From Chrysomallon squamiferum (taxonomy: Eukaryota; Animalia; Mollusca): 64,000 nucleotides of DNA. The notes beneath the pieces are model-generated. The model made no database searches, was not told the DNA's origin, and saw nothing but the letters and a program-made list of their open reading frames with translations. This document shows, one piece after another, positions 23,041-38,500 of this stretch; the stretch's first letter is position 1, and each line of letters begins with the position of its first letter. The stretch lies in NCBI GenBank assembly GCA_012295275.1, contig CM022666.1, positions 8,990,001-9,054,000 on the forward strand, written 5' to 3'. The position numbers and the translations under genes are program-made.

Positions 23041-25289
23041 TAATCACTTACACACTCAATGAAATGAAGATGCAAACATTACAAATAACATGTCCATTAT
23101 ATGTTTGACAAGACTGTACTATTCTTCTGTTTAAATGATGATATATTTCATCTATTTAAAAATAAAATAAAATTCTCAAATATGAAAAACCAAGTTAATT
23201 ATTTTAAGACAATGATGAACAAATATTTTTCTTAGTCTGATGAGGATTTTTCTGCCCTTGAAGGCTTAGACTAACAGGATTTTTGTGCACATCAGTGGCT
23301 TTGCCTGATAAGACTTTTTGTGCACACTGCAGTTACACAGAAGACTGTATTTGTTTTGTTTTATATACAAATATTGCCATTGTTAAAGATGTCGATGTAT
23401 AACAAATTTCTACAAGTACAACAAAACTATGTACAAGTAATAAACAACAGTCATTTAACATACAAATATCTGTCATGAAAAAAAAACTAATTCCCCAAAA
23501 CAGGTAATAAAATTTCTCAACATAAAATTGATCAATTCATTTAGAAAAAGAAAAGATACAAATTTTAAATTATTTTTAAATATATATATATATATATATG
23601 TAAGTAATATGTATATTTATATATGTATATAATATTGATGTATACAAGATGGTTACTGTAAAATAAACTGGACAATGTATTTCGATGTTTAAACTTTGCT
23701 AGTTTATTATGATGACAATGGCAGTTGTTTTTCTTTCAGTTCCTCCAAATAGATGGTACTAATACACATATAAAAAAATCTTATACAAATCACACATGCA
23801 CATTAAATTCCATCCTTCACTATATTTGGCTCTTAAATCCCTTAAACTTGGATATCACATAGACAGTGATTATAAGCATCAAAACTAAAGTCTCCATCAC
23901 ATACATCATTTGATAGGGATAAGTGAAATATTGGTGGTAGCTTATAGAATAGGGCAGACACCAAGTTGTAATTGATATACAATTGAAGAGATTTATTAAT
24001 GAAAAAAATCTATTTTATTTTTCAAAGCTTTAAGATCCTGCAAATTCTCGGTGGTTTTTTCGTTTTTTTTTATTTTATTTTTATTTTTATGTCTTTTATA
24101 TTATAAAAATGACCAACAGAAAAACGTTTAATCTGGATTTTACAAATATGATACATAGAGTCTTTGTTTTGATGCTAATAATGATTTAATAATTTTCTCT
24201 CATACTTCAATTTCTAGCTGAGGTATAGCCAGCACTGTAGATGATATATTGGTCAAGCATATTTTTTTGCTTTTTATTTCTATCAACAATGTTTTACTTT
24301 TCTCACCCTCTTCTTTTTATTTTTAAAACTTGTTCAGTTTATAAAACATTTGAAGTTCAATTTATGCTCAATATTTGATTGAGTTTTCTTTGTGTTACTT
24401 CCTCAATATGATCATAAAAAAAAAAAAAATTTACACACTGACACAGTATGAACAATACACTTGATATTAAAAGCCAAATAAAAACTTCAAAAGTTTTATA
24501 AGCTGCGACTATTCCTAATCTCAAATGTTCATGGTGGATGGTGAAAATATTGATGCTTGAGGTATCAGTGTGTTAAGTACCCTGTTTTATTTACTTTCAA
24601 AATATTGGGTGGATTATATAATGCACCAAGTGTAAGGGATTGGGTGTATATAAATATGATTTTCATTCCATTCTGTATATAAAAAGTATTCTCAAACATG
24701 CTTGAAAACTAAGCAGCAGTAGTGATGGTAAAGCAGTTTAGCTGAACATCAATAGCAAACAAATTCAAAGATGTTAATAAATAAATAAAATAAAAATATT
24801 TGACAATTCTTATTAGTTCCTTCCATACACAGAAAAAAAAAATATATTTAAATATTGAAAAGGAATTGTTAATTTAAAATTGAGCAGGTATTTATTAGAT
24901 TAAGAATCATCTGCCTAAGGTGGCAGAAAGGCAAGAATAGTGAGTAAAAACATCATTTGAAAAACAATTAAGTCACAAAAAGGTAAGCATCACGGCAGAA
25001 CTCAGTCTTTTTAGTCAACTTGTAAATTCTAGTATAACACTGAAGCAATCTTGCCAGTTTTGTCACTGAAGTATTCACTTTTTATTGTATTTTTATGGTT
25101 AATGTTAAGTTTATGTCAGTGTTATGTCAAAATACTTAGTGTTTCCAGTAAACTGATTAAATCATTTTCTTATTTTTTTTAAAAACCTCACTTCATAATT
25201 ACTTTCCAGTCCAAGTTAACATGTATTTATCATCGTTACACAAAATATTTGGTCTTTCTATTCAATTTTGAATTAAATCTTGCATTCAC

Positions 25290-25560
25290 TATGCTCTGTC
25301 TGGCCCATGCTTTATAGTTTAGTTGTTCTTGGTATGATATTGTATGTCACCGTCTTGTTCATTCTTTTTATTCAGTTTGTAATGTCAATATCTGACACCT
25401 TCATTTTGTCACGTCAGGGTCTCATTCATTCCTTTTAGTCTGTTTGTAACAATGTCTGGCTTGTTATTTTTAGTCACATTATGGTCAAAATCTTGACTCA
25501 TTCTTTATAGTCAAGTCATAATATCAAAAGTCAGGCTCATTCTATCTAGGCAATCTGCTG
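25290..25560. repeat. Degenerate ~35-45-bp repeat (TCATTCTTTATAGTC-like)
   Basis: Several related TCATTC(T/C)TTT(A/T)TAGTC units followed by AATGTC/GTCAGGCT. Confidence 0.55.
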
Positions 25561-26297
25561 CTACAATGTTACCTTTGTCATACTTGCTTATTAATGTTCA
25601 TACTAAACACACTTAGGTAATTATGGTTGGACTTTGACAAAACATAAAACCCTGAGATGATGGTGTTATTTATCTCCATGCTTCTATTATGAATAAATTC
25701 TGTAAAAATTCAAACAATTATAAACATATATATGTGGGGGGGAGGGAAAAAAAAAAATTGCTGCCACACTTGTAATTCTGAAACAATGATAAGAGCAGTT
25801 GTAGCCAATCTGTTGACAAATTCAAACGTATTATTTGAAAGTAGATAATGAAAATATATAACTTTTTATTACATGAAATTTTTCACTTTAAATATTGTTT
25901 TTAATATTTATACATTATCATTATAAAAACTAAAATTCATTAAACTTCAGTCTTTTAAAGATTCAACATTCCAAAAATTCAACATTTAAATAAATACTGT
26001 GGAAAGCATTAACATGAACAATAATATATGTATTTTTTTAATGTTATCTTATAAAATTTAAAGCTGAGTAACATATGTAAATAATTTATGTATTAATAAA
26101 AATATCCTTGGGTTGTTCAAGTACAAAAGTGAATTAACACAAATGATTAAACAAGAGAAATCTATCAGTTCTAGTGAATATGTAAAAATGTAGTTCATCT
26201 GAATTTGTCAACCATGCTCTGAAGCCATCATCAAGTACAATCCTTGTATTCAATCAAGGATATGGCAGTGTAATTGCATAGATATTATTAATGGACA

Positions 26298-26333
<36 letters not shown>

Positions 26334-27218
26334 TTAATTAATCAATCAATCAATCAATAACAAGATGTATAAAAGTTAAGATTAAGATTAAAACTATCAG
26401 TAAGTTTCCATACAATTTTAAATATTAAATTCCATGAGTTACTCTGGTGTTAATTGCTATTATTTGCTGATGTTCATGTTACACAATAACATTTTGGTGA
26501 TGATAATAATGATTTTTGAAATAGTCAATCATCTGATCATTATACTTTTTCTTTTCTTATTTGCAAAGTCAGGTAGCCAATGCTATCTGTTACAAAGAAA
26601 TGGCAATCTATTAAGTATTATTTCTTTCTTTCTTTATAAAACTTTTTTTCCCCATAATACTGAGAACTAGCTTATCATATATTTAATCAAAATTATCTTT
26701 AAAAATAATTTTAAATCCTGGTGTAAAGATATATCTCAAGTATTTACTGGAAACTTACCAAAATTTGAAAAAAACCACAAACTATTTTATATATATTATT
26801 ATTAAAATTATTATTATTTTTTTCAATATTTTTTTGTCCATTTATTTTGTTAAATAGTTAATACTTCCAGCAATCATTACACTCCAGTACATTTTGTTGC
26901 ACCATCTTGTCCATGTCCTACTCGGTGAGCTGTTGAGTAATAACGTTTCTGTTCAGCTCTGGTTATCACCTGCTCACACACACACAACTCATCATTAACC
27001 AGCTGTATTACAGAAATTACTGGAGAGAAAATAAACTCATTTTATTATTATTAAAAAATTTAGGTACTTTTTTCATTTATTTCTTCTTCTTTCTTTTATG
27101 TTATTTTATGATTATTTTATTTTATTTATTTAAGTCCATAGTAAATAAACTGATCATTGTAGATTTTTCATTTTATGTACATTATATATTTTATTCTCAA
27201 AATATTTGGTGCTTTAAC

Positions 27219-27250
<32 letters not shown>

Positions 27251-28000
27251 AAAATATTTCTTTCAATATGCAAAATATTTGTAAATTTTATTTCTTTACT
27301 CAGTTTCATGATAAAAAATTTAATAAATATTTTATATTTCATCTATGAGTCATTTTCATTAAAACAAATCTCCAATAATTTCTGAAAGCTGTGAATCTTT
27401 CTTTTTATTTCTGCAAAAATGTCTCTTTTATTTGCATCCACTTCCAGTTTGGCCTGTTTAAAACAGCAGCTTCTTAAACAACTGTGTATAGGTCTACATC
27501 GTCTATAAACTACAAACCTACTGTTATCTGCAGTTCTCTACAAGCAGACTGTCATCTCTACAATCTAAATCTTCAACAGACATCAGTCTGTCTTCATTTT
27601 CTGTTTTACAAGTAAAAAAACTAAACGAACACTAAATGAGATCAAACATTGTTTTTTTTTCTCTTTCTTTCTTTTTAGATAATTTTGACATTTAACATTG
27701 GATAAATTCCAATGATATATTTTGGTGTTTTTTCTTTTTTAACACCCATTCACACAAACTTCATTTAAGTTTTGTCTTATATTTAGTGTTTGTTATGTGT
27801 GTGTGTACATTTATATGAACGCACATACACATACTCACAGGCACAGGCACATACACTTACATGTATATGTATGTGTGTTTATATACTGAGATATATAATA
27901 GAATCTGGTATTACATCACATCAATACAGCCAATGAAAGCTACAAACAGCAAACAATGAAGTCTTCCATTTTGACACTTTTACAAAAAACATCTCACTCA

Positions 28001-31000
28001 TCACGACATTGTTATTGATGCTTGGTGTGGCTGAAAATAAACAAACAAAATATTTATTATATCACTTGAATTACCAACAGGTTAATGAATGAAAGAAGGA
28101 AGTAAAGAATAAATGAAGGAAGTCATATAAAAGAGAAAATTTAAAACTGCTGATTCACAACATTTACCAGCTTAGAAAGAAAGCTAAGTTTTTTAATCTT
28201 TTGTACAGAATAATGTAACTTTATCACTTTTAATAATATATAAAATATATTCAGACCATTTGGATGGCCAAATATGGATTTAACAAACAAACAAAACACT
28301 CATATGGAATTATACTTGAAAATTGTTATCACAGACACACTAACAAATAACACTTTGACACATGATCAAGAACATCAAATAAATAAAAAGTAACTTATAT
28401 TTACAAAATGTATTTAAGCCTTTTGTTGACACTACAGGTAAATTGTCACAAAAAATAATTATATGGCAATACATTTTTTTTTAAAACAATAGAACTATAT
28501 CTGACCATCTTCCCAAATAATGAAGTATTTAGTATTTATTTCTGTTTTTATAATTAAACTTTATAAGCTGTATCTGACCAATTATTCCAAATAATAAAGT
28601 ATTTAGTATTTATTTCAATTTTGATAATTAAACTTTATAAGATGCTTATAAATATACAAGATGTGTATAAATTTACTGTTCTGTGATGGCAGTAATTTTA
28701 ATGTTATTGAGTTTTGAGTTGGTTACTCTAATTAAGTTACTCACAGACTGTAGCTGCAGTTTGTCGTACAACTCAACAAGCTCATCCATTGTGTACTGCT
28801 GCAGGACAATGATGCCGTCAAGGTTGGGGCTAATCTTTAATGCACAGTCTTGACAATGTACAATAAACTTCTTATCTTGTTCTGTCACAAACAAAATGTT
28901 GAACACCTCCACCTACAAACACAAATAAACACTTAAAATAAAAAGATAGAAAGAAAGAAAGGAAAAGGAGAAAAAAAAAGACAAAGAAAAGATAAATAAT
29001 CATCAAAATAAGAGGAAATTTTAATTATTCATTTTGCAAATCTTATTTTGCAATATAATACTACTACTATAACTACTACTAATAATAATACTAATATATC
29101 AGTACACTCACACATACTCTTAGACCATTAAAAACAGTAAAAAGTAAAAAATATTAGCATAAATAATTTTACTGAAATCTATTTGTTAAAGATGTTGTTT
29201 ATTGCATTTTCATTGTTGTAGCCTTTTTTTTTTTTGGACTCCAGTTTTATTATTGTATAAATGTATAAAGATTTTATTTATTTAAAACTTCGTACTTCAC
29301 AATCATCACAGTAATGTGAAGGTTCATCTCTGCCTCGTCCATGCCACTTTATTTCAATGTTCAGTTCATCCAGGAAATCCAGAGTCATTTGAATATTGTG
29401 AATACATCGCATTAAGAAAAACCTGAAAATAATTTTTTATTATTACATGATCGGATATTTGTGAAATATGACCAAAAAAATAATATTTTAATGAGTTAAA
29501 ATTAAGATATGAAAACAAACACAAACAAAATTTTAAAAATTGAAACTGATAAATGTATCATCTGTTATGAATTACTAGGGAGGGAAAAAATTGAGCACAC
29601 TGTTTCTACATTTTGTGCCATCCTCTGCCAGTTCCTTTCTCCTCAAACAGAAACAATTTTAAAACAGACATATCACAACAAATAATCTTTGTGACATATA
29701 AACTTTAACATATTAGCAACAAAGTATCTTTTATATCAAGAGACAAGAGAAAGCACATAGAAAAAAACCTGGATAATCATCACTGTCTAGAATTGGAAAT
29801 ACTTACTTGAGAGCTTCGAACAGTTTAGGATCTGGGATGGTGAGATTTCGAGCGAGGTTCCAGGACAGATGTTTGAGTGGTACAATAGACTTGTAGCTCT
29901 GCAGCTTATTCCACTCATATCTGTCTGAAGCCAGCTGGAACTGTTTGTACGTCATAGGACCAACGTTCCACGCTATATTGTTACACCAACCCTGAAAAAC
30001 AAAACATGTTTAACCTTTTTTCTTCACATACTGAACTAAATACATTTTAATTAATTATTTAATTTAAAAAAAAAAAAATAAAAAAAAAAAATTGGTTGTG
30101 TTTGTACCAATTTTCCACACTGTGTTGTTAGACCAACCCTGGGAAAAAATATTTTTAAAATTTTTATTTCTTCTAACACTGAACTAAATATTTCTGAATT
30201 TTACAAAATACACATTTAAACTAATCAAATTTATTTTCTTATCAAGTAATAAATTTAATTATTTATTCTTAGCTAGGACATGGGAAGATGTGAGAGATAA
30301 ATTCAAGACTTGTATAAAGTGAGAACACTATAAGACTACTAACGATGGCCTGGACCCAGTGAACGCAGCCAATCCCAATCCAAACAACATCTCCAGGTTT
30401 CTGAATAAATCTGTAAACTGGGACATCTTCTTCATACAAGTCTTCCAGAACAGGCCACCATGAACCTCTCAAGTAATTTACACTGTTTCTGAAAATTTAT
30501 AAATATAAATTTTTTAGAAGAAGAAGAAAAAGAAAAAGAATCATGTGTTTTTTAATTCTTCATGTAATTATGATAAATACTTTCTTATACATCTTGTGTT
30601 AAATCAAATACTTTTTCTTTTACTGGTTATCACAGATGTTAGTTTCTGTATTTAGTATGTAAAATTTAACATATAATGTATAATTTGTTACATAATACAG
30701 GATTAATGACTCTCCATTCTTGACCTTACCAGGAGACAGCAATACAAAAATAAAAAAAAAAAAATAGTAATAACAATAATATGAAGAGGAAATTTAATTA
30801 ATTTTGAAAATACTGATTGTTATTTAAAAATGAAAAAAACAACACTATATTACTAGTCTTGGCTACTCACTTTTCACACAAGTTATGTATGACTCCCCAG
30901 TACTGGTCTGGAACAGCAAACCACTCACAGTCACCTGGACCAATGTTGATGTTGACTGAGCAGTAGTTGTTGTTCTCCTGATGTCCTGAAATCATCCAAT

Positions 31001-32542
31001 TATATTTCTTTAATATAACTATTATTACTTTTATTATTGTTGTTGGTATTACTTTTATCATCATTGTCATCATAATCATTATTACTATTTCTACTACTAC
31101 TACTGCTGCTTCTGCTGTTCCTTTTATTATTACTACTGTACTTTTTATGTGATTCTTTTTCAACTATAATATTTAATTTTCTATTTATATAATTTTATTT
31201 CAGAAGAAGTTATTAATATTATTTATTAAATAGTTTTTTTGCTGGTTTTTTAAAATTATTTTATTTATTTATGTTTTCATTTTTGTATTTTATTGTGTTG
31301 TTTATTATTTCAGTTTATTTGAATTTTATTACTTTCATTTCAAACACTGTTTTTCATATGCATTAAAGAATTTTTTTAAAAGAAGAAGAAAAATAATCAT
31401 CATTAAAAGGTTCAAACCTGGAGTTCTTGAACCAGGAACCTTCATGTAGAGCTGTACAGTGTTCATGCCGAGGATGGTGTGTCCGACGTGACTGAGCATG
31501 TTGCAGGCAGACACAAGACGTAAAAACGCTGGCAGCTTCGTTAGTTCCTCCAGCTGCGGTTTCCATCGGCGTTCGTCAGACAAATCCAAATTTGTACCAA
31601 ATTTTATTGTTTTGTGTTTCTTCCTGTTTCAAAAATTAACAACAGTAATAAACAAAAATTAAATTTAAAATAATGATAATAATAATAATAATAGTAATCA
31701 TAATAATGAATAAAAAATTGTAAAAATAAACACAGGATATTAAATTAATAATCAAGTGAGTTCAAATTTAACTTTCTGGACACAAAACATTTTAAAATTA
31801 ACACACCAGGAGATAAGAGACACAGAACACTTTGTACAGTGGCTTGTACTTGTTGTTGAACCTTCCAATAGGCTTTTCTCCTAATTATGGCAATCTTTAA
31901 AACTGCTATGGGAAACACTAGAAGGGTTTAAAATAGGTACAAAGATTCCAAAGGCAAAATACATCAAAAACAAAGATTTCTGTAAACAAAATTAATGAGA
32001 ACAGGAAGCGGGGATGTTGGTTTTATAGAAAAAAGAAAACAACTCTCACCCTCTAGATGACAGTGAGGAGTTCGAGTCACTGTCTGAGTCTTTGGGATGA
32101 TGGTGACCTTTGGCTTTTTCATGTTCCTCCTGTAACACAAAAAAATATATATCTTTAACAAAAATAATGAATTAAATGTGTAACCTTTGGTTGTTTTTGT
32201 TGTGGTTTTTATTAATGAACATAAAGATTATAATTATGATAACAAGATTATCTTGGAACATTCAAGAATGACATGGCTAATGAAAATTAAGATGGTGGTT
32301 TGTAATAACAAATATAAAAAAAAAATTATTTTAGATTATTTTCAATTAGAATTCAATTTAAATTTGAGGATTTGATAAAAAAATAAATCAAAAATTGACT
32401 TTTTTTTGGTAAGATTTAGGTTTCTTTAATTTAGTTTTTTTTTAAATCTGAATCTATTTTTTAACAAAATATAAATTAACATTTTTTAATGACACCAAGT
32501 AACTGAAAATATATTTAACAAAAAAATAAATAAATAAAAAAA

Positions 32543-32581
<39 letters not shown>

Positions 32582-35500
32582 AATAATAAAATAATAATAA
32601 TAATAATAATAATAAACACATCTTCAATTTAGTGCAAAATGAATTCACTAAGATAGGGATGAAGAATATTTCTAATCATATCGCTATGGTAACTAACCCG
32701 TAATGACTCCTGGAAGGATGCTGCCTGATACTGAGCGTACTTGGCAACGCTGGTGTGACTACGACTACTGTCACAGTGCCAAACTTTATTTCCCCACGCA
32801 TCAACATTCTCATCAGGAGCCTGTTGTTTCTGAAAAATAAAACAAATATCTTATTTATTACTTAATTTCCTTTTTTTTATGTCTTTATATTTTCCACTTT
32901 TTCCATGTTTTTCTTTTTTTTCTTTTATTATATACTAAAAAAAAAAATTAAAAAATTAAAAATTAATTACAATAAAATAAAAAAATAAAATAAAATAAAA
33001 ATAAAACAGTCAGTTAAAAAAGATACATAACTTAGGATAAACATTTTTTTATTCATATTTTTTTTGTATTATATTTGTGCTAAAAATCAATATAAAAAAT
33101 ATCCTCAGAAACAACTGAAAAATAATTACAGTTGTTAAAAATTATGGTTATTATTATTTTTAAAATAATGATAATGATAATGATAACAATAAATAAATAA
33201 ACAAATAATAGTATGTTGGTTTTCTTAGGTTTTATTTTTTTTACCTGAGTCCTAACTTCTACTGGATGATCTGGATTTGCTTCAACTAAAGTTTTTGTTG
33301 AAAACAGTCCAAGATCTAGAGGAAGAAAAAAAAAAGTTATTAAATAATTATAAATTAATAAAACCTGATATTGCAGAACAGCAAAATTAATCATCCACAG
33401 TTATAAAAAATATATATATACTACGATATACACTTTCGTAGCATCATCATAAATGTATAATAATATATCAATGTTATCCATGTTTTCAAAAACCTAATTC
33501 AGTTAACACAATTACCACATGGTGCAAAATAAAGACTTTAATTAACAAACATTGCCAAGTATTTTTTTATTGTATTTTATTTAAACATTCTGTGTAAGAA
33601 AAATTATCTTAATACAAAAGTAAAAATAACTGGAAATTTTTTTTTTTAAATATGGAAACAACCACCAAAACAAACAAATACATGAGTAAGTTTTAAAACA
33701 AAAGCAGGGCATTACATACCTAACTTGAGTGCTCCTGCTAAACCTCTGATGACTACGACAGGTTGAGAATGACAGTACTGCATCAGTTCAGGTGAAAATG
33801 CATCTCTCTTGCTTTCCAGCTGTTTAAATAAAATATGAAATATTTCTACACACACACACACACATGGAGGGAGAGAGAGACATGCACATACATATTCAGA
33901 TTATTTCCACAAGAAGACATGTAAAATGTTTTCTTTGCTACCCATAGATTTCAAAATATTAAAAATATTATAACAATAAAACCTTCATTATGATTCAGAA
34001 GGAAGTACTTCTTATTAAAACAGGCAGGTAGCTGTGGATTTGTAACCATTATTAGACAGTGCAGTTCTTTCAATACATTCTGTGTGCCTAAGCATAAAGT
34101 TATAATGAACATTCTGTCCTGTGTTGCTTTTGGAATAACAGCTGTACAAGTTTCAGAGAAAATTACTCAATTCTAAAATTTTATTATTATTCACATTTTT
34201 GACAATTAAATTTTAGTGACTATTAACAAGTTAGCAAGTTTGTATTAGAATTTCATATTAATCTTTACAGATGAAAAGAAAATGAAAAATACATTTTAAC
34301 ACTTACCAGTCATTGTAAGTTTATATGCAAGTAGGTAGCTAATCAAAATACAGATGATATTTTATTCATTCTATTAAATGACACTGTCACACAGTATGAC
34401 ATTTATTTCATGTATTAAATAATATTATATTTATACTTACATATACACTAGGTGTTGGAGGATTCAGATTCTCTTTAGTAAGAGGGGGATATGGAGGTAG
34501 AGGAGGGCGAGGCACAGGCAGCAAATCATGGAAAACACCACTTCTTCCTGAAATGAGAAAATACATATATATTTGCAATGGAAACAATCCAAAATATAAT
34601 ATTCATAACTAATGATGATGATGATAATCAGAATCAAAAGTGAAAACATAATGAATGAACGTGTAAATTAAAAATATTTTGCTATCAAAGTTAAGATAGA
34701 GAATGAACATTTTTAAACAAAATTTGGCTGACTGACTCCAACACACAAACAAATTGATATCTCCATATTACAAAATAACAATAACAATAATAATAATAAT
34801 AATAAAAGTAACAAAAATAATAATTTAAAAAAATGTCACCTCTTCCTTTACAAGCAGCAATGATTTCACTTCCTGACATGGAGACTGACAGCTGTGGTAC
34901 ATGTTTGACCTCCTGCTGCAGGACGGGCTCCGTTTTCTCCATCTTCAGGAGACAGACATACTCCTTATGTCCTTCATTCTCATTCTTCACTTTACTCACT
35001 TTCCCAGCAGCTGTAGCAGCAGCAGTGTCAGCACTACAACTACTACCATTTTCTGTTTTCAAACAGCCTGCCTGAGTGGCTGCTTGATCTGATCTGGAAT
35101 GTACAGATAAAGCACTGTTGGCAGAAGACATTGTGTCACCAGCAGATGATGTAGTGTTAATGTTTGCACAAGACACGTTGCTAGGCAACGAGGTGGACAA
35201 TTTGCCAGACACAGAGGTAGGTGTCTGCTGAACATTCTGACTAGATGATGATGGCATCGATGACGATGATGATGTTTTCTTGTCTGTAGGCTCATGACTG
35301 AACTGGGCCAGTAGGTCCTCCGCTATCGAGGTAGCGATGTCCTGATGAGAGAGGAATTCTGAGAGATCTGAGTCACTCACTGCACTTCCACTTAGAGCAT
35401 GTAAATCTTTAGACAGATTGCTGTCTGAGATCAAGGGATTGAGACGAGATGCTGTTGTCTGCCCTTGCTGCCATGCTGCTGCACTGGACAGAGATGGATG

Positions 35501-38500
35501 TGATGGTGGAGGCAGCTGATGCCCCGCTGCACCAAAACCCTGAGATGCTTGAGAAGTGTTCATTGGAATGTTGGCATGCGGAGGTAGATTTCCTGACGGG
35601 ACAGGCACTCCGCTGGGCAGGCCAAATCGCTGACCCATGCTTTTCAAGCTTTGACCTTGACTCATGCTTGGTAGCTGCCCTTGTAAGCCAGGCAATCCTG
35701 TGACATTAGTTCCACCTTTAAACAGCAACAAAATCAGATTTAACTGAGAGAAAAAAATTGTCCCAGAATAAAAGAATAAATGTGCTGTCATAGACCTTTC
35801 AATTTTTTTTACATAAATTCTGATTGTGTTATTAGTTTACTGAAAAAAATATGTCAACTTTCAAACATTATTATGATTTTATTTAAAATAAATTTAAGAT
35901 AAAGGTGATGTTACAAAAAGATGCTCTTTTTGAGATCTTAAATCATAGGAGAATTGTAATACATATTCAGTTTCTGTTAGTTGTTGACCAATTAAGACTT
36001 GAAGAAATGTTTTCCAGATGCCGGGGCAAAATAATGCAAAATATAATTCTATCTTGTAACCTGGTATAGAGTTAGGTAATCATATGTAAAGTATAGAGTC
36101 TGGTTCTTTATGAAGAATAAATATGGAGTTAGGTTATCAAATATAAAGTATAATGATATATCACAGAGACTGATATCTGTGTCAGAACATCACAATCCAT
36201 AATGATTGCCAACTAAGTATTTCTTACTGCTCAGTGGCAGATCAATGTCTGAACTCTGTAACTTGTACCTGAAGTTTCAAATGCTCAACAGGAAAAGATA
36301 ACTTTAAAAAAGCATTAATTATCCAAAAAGTTACCTGGCACACCAGCTCCCCCTACTGGTGAGTGGAGTGGTGATGGTGACATGCCATGCTGTGGTCCAG
36401 TCACCTGACCAGGATGAGGCAATCCGATTGGAGGAACATGTGATCCCTAAAAATAAGTTTTCAATACACATTAAAACATTTATTTATTTGTTTCTTTCTT
36501 TCTTTGTCTGCATGTTAGCTTACACATTCAAGACATACAAATCAAAAGATCATACACATGTTAATACTCAAAAAAATAATAATAATAATAATTTCAACCT
36601 TCAGCCATGCTTACAATGTAACTTTTAATACCTGTTGTTGTTGCTGCTGCTGCATCTTGAGGTGTTGTTGTTGGAGGTAATACTGTTGTGAAAGCTGTTT
36701 GAATAACTGCTGCTGCTGGGGATTCAGATTAGCCTACAAATAAACAAACATGGATTAATGTAAATTAGGATTAACAGACATGGTGTTAAATAAATTAGGA
36801 TTAACAGACACGGTGTCAAATAATTAGGATTAACAGACATCAAGTAAAATAAAATAGGATTAACAGACATGGATTATCATAAATCAGGATTAAATAACAT
36901 GGATTAACATTTATAATATTTACAGACTGACAGACATTCACAGACTTACCTGATTCTGTCTAAGAAGCTGAAATAACATCAACTGCTCATGAGTTAGAAA
37001 CTGAGGAGCCTGGGGCATGGGGGGTGGGGTAAGTACATCAGGTACTTCTGATGAAGCCTGAGGAATGAAACAAATTGTTCATTTTCAACCATCTTGTTAT
37101 TTGTACATTAAATAATAAATATTAAATAACAATAACAAAAACAGTAACAATAAAAAAAATAAAAAAAATAATAAACAATTAAATTATAAAAAGTAATAGT
37201 ATGAAACTCAGCAGCAAAAATATCTGTGGATTACTGGCATTTAGGTCACTTGTTGAATCAACTGTAAATACCTGAGTTGATAATTTAATTTTATATACTT
37301 TTTCAATGCAATGCATCACCAAAACTGATAAATGAAAAATGAACTACAATTATTTTTTTTTTTCAGTCCAAACTTTGTCATGTTATTTTTGCTCAAGAAT
37401 TTAATTTTTTATTCTTCTAATTTTTAAAAAAAATAAATAAAAGATTTTAAGAAGAACAAGCATGCAATTTAGGTACTTAAGTAATAAATCAATGGAACAA
37501 ATAAGCAATATTTCACATTTTGACAATGAATAAATGGTTGGGTTAATGACACCACTGTACAAAAAAAAAAACACAAAAAAACTATCAAATAAATTTTGAA
37601 AATCGGCTGTCGGATGCCATTCTATAGTGTTCATAAAAAAAATGATAGAATGCAGTAAAATAAATTGGTATAAAAATCTGATTTACAGTATGTTAAACTA
37701 TATACATTATAATAAATATAAAATATTAAAACATTTATCACATACGTTTTTTAAAACATATAATAGAAAGCTGATTATGTTATAAAAAAATAAAACAAGC
37801 AATCTTACTCGTTTTCTTCCTTTCATCTTCTTCTTCTTCTCTTCATCCATATTGTCGACATCTGGTCCAAAACTTGACACTAGGCCTGTTTGTGACTGCT
37901 GACCACCAGATATGTCTCTAGGACTCAGGACATCCTTAACAGGCTGACCAACAGGTCCAATATGTGACTGACCACTACTTCCGATGTTTGATCTCTCCTG
38001 ATGCTGAAACTGTTACAGGTTCTAATACATAACAATATTCTAGTTCTGGATTTTCTGTTAGTTTTTTGTACTACCTGGAACATCAGTATTCTCTTATTTT
38101 CTAGTTACTAACAATTTCAAAACTACCAACAGGTATATTCCGTATCTAACAAATAAAACAATACCACATGGCTGGTCAGTATTATTTCATTCTCGTAGTT
38201 ATTTAGTAACTGAATTATACATTCATGTTTCAAAATTAATGAGTGCTCTCTCAAATTAGTAAGTATTAAAAACCTGCTGAAGACTAAAACACCTTATTTA
38301 TTCTTGAATGTTTCTTATAGCAATATATTAACTGCTTGATTAAATTAAAACTAAAAATTTTAAAACAAAAAAGAAAAAACAAAATTACATTAACTTGTTA
38401 CAAAAGTCCCATTTAAAAAAAGTTTTGAAGATCCTAACAAATTTGATTTTTCTTCTCTTTTGTGCCCAACTATAAATTTAAATCTGTCATATAATAATGT

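Noticed and set aside
26876-26969. Open frame VITRAEQKRYYSTAHRVGHGQDGATKCTGV* as an alternative KDM6A last exon
   Set aside because: The preceding CAG has no pyrimidine tract and the stronger acceptor at 27020 lies just upstream, so this is more likely UTR.
34833-35703. Plus-strand and alternate-frame ORFs overlapping the large KDM6A exon
   Set aside because: They are shadow ORFs expected in a GC-richer coding exon.
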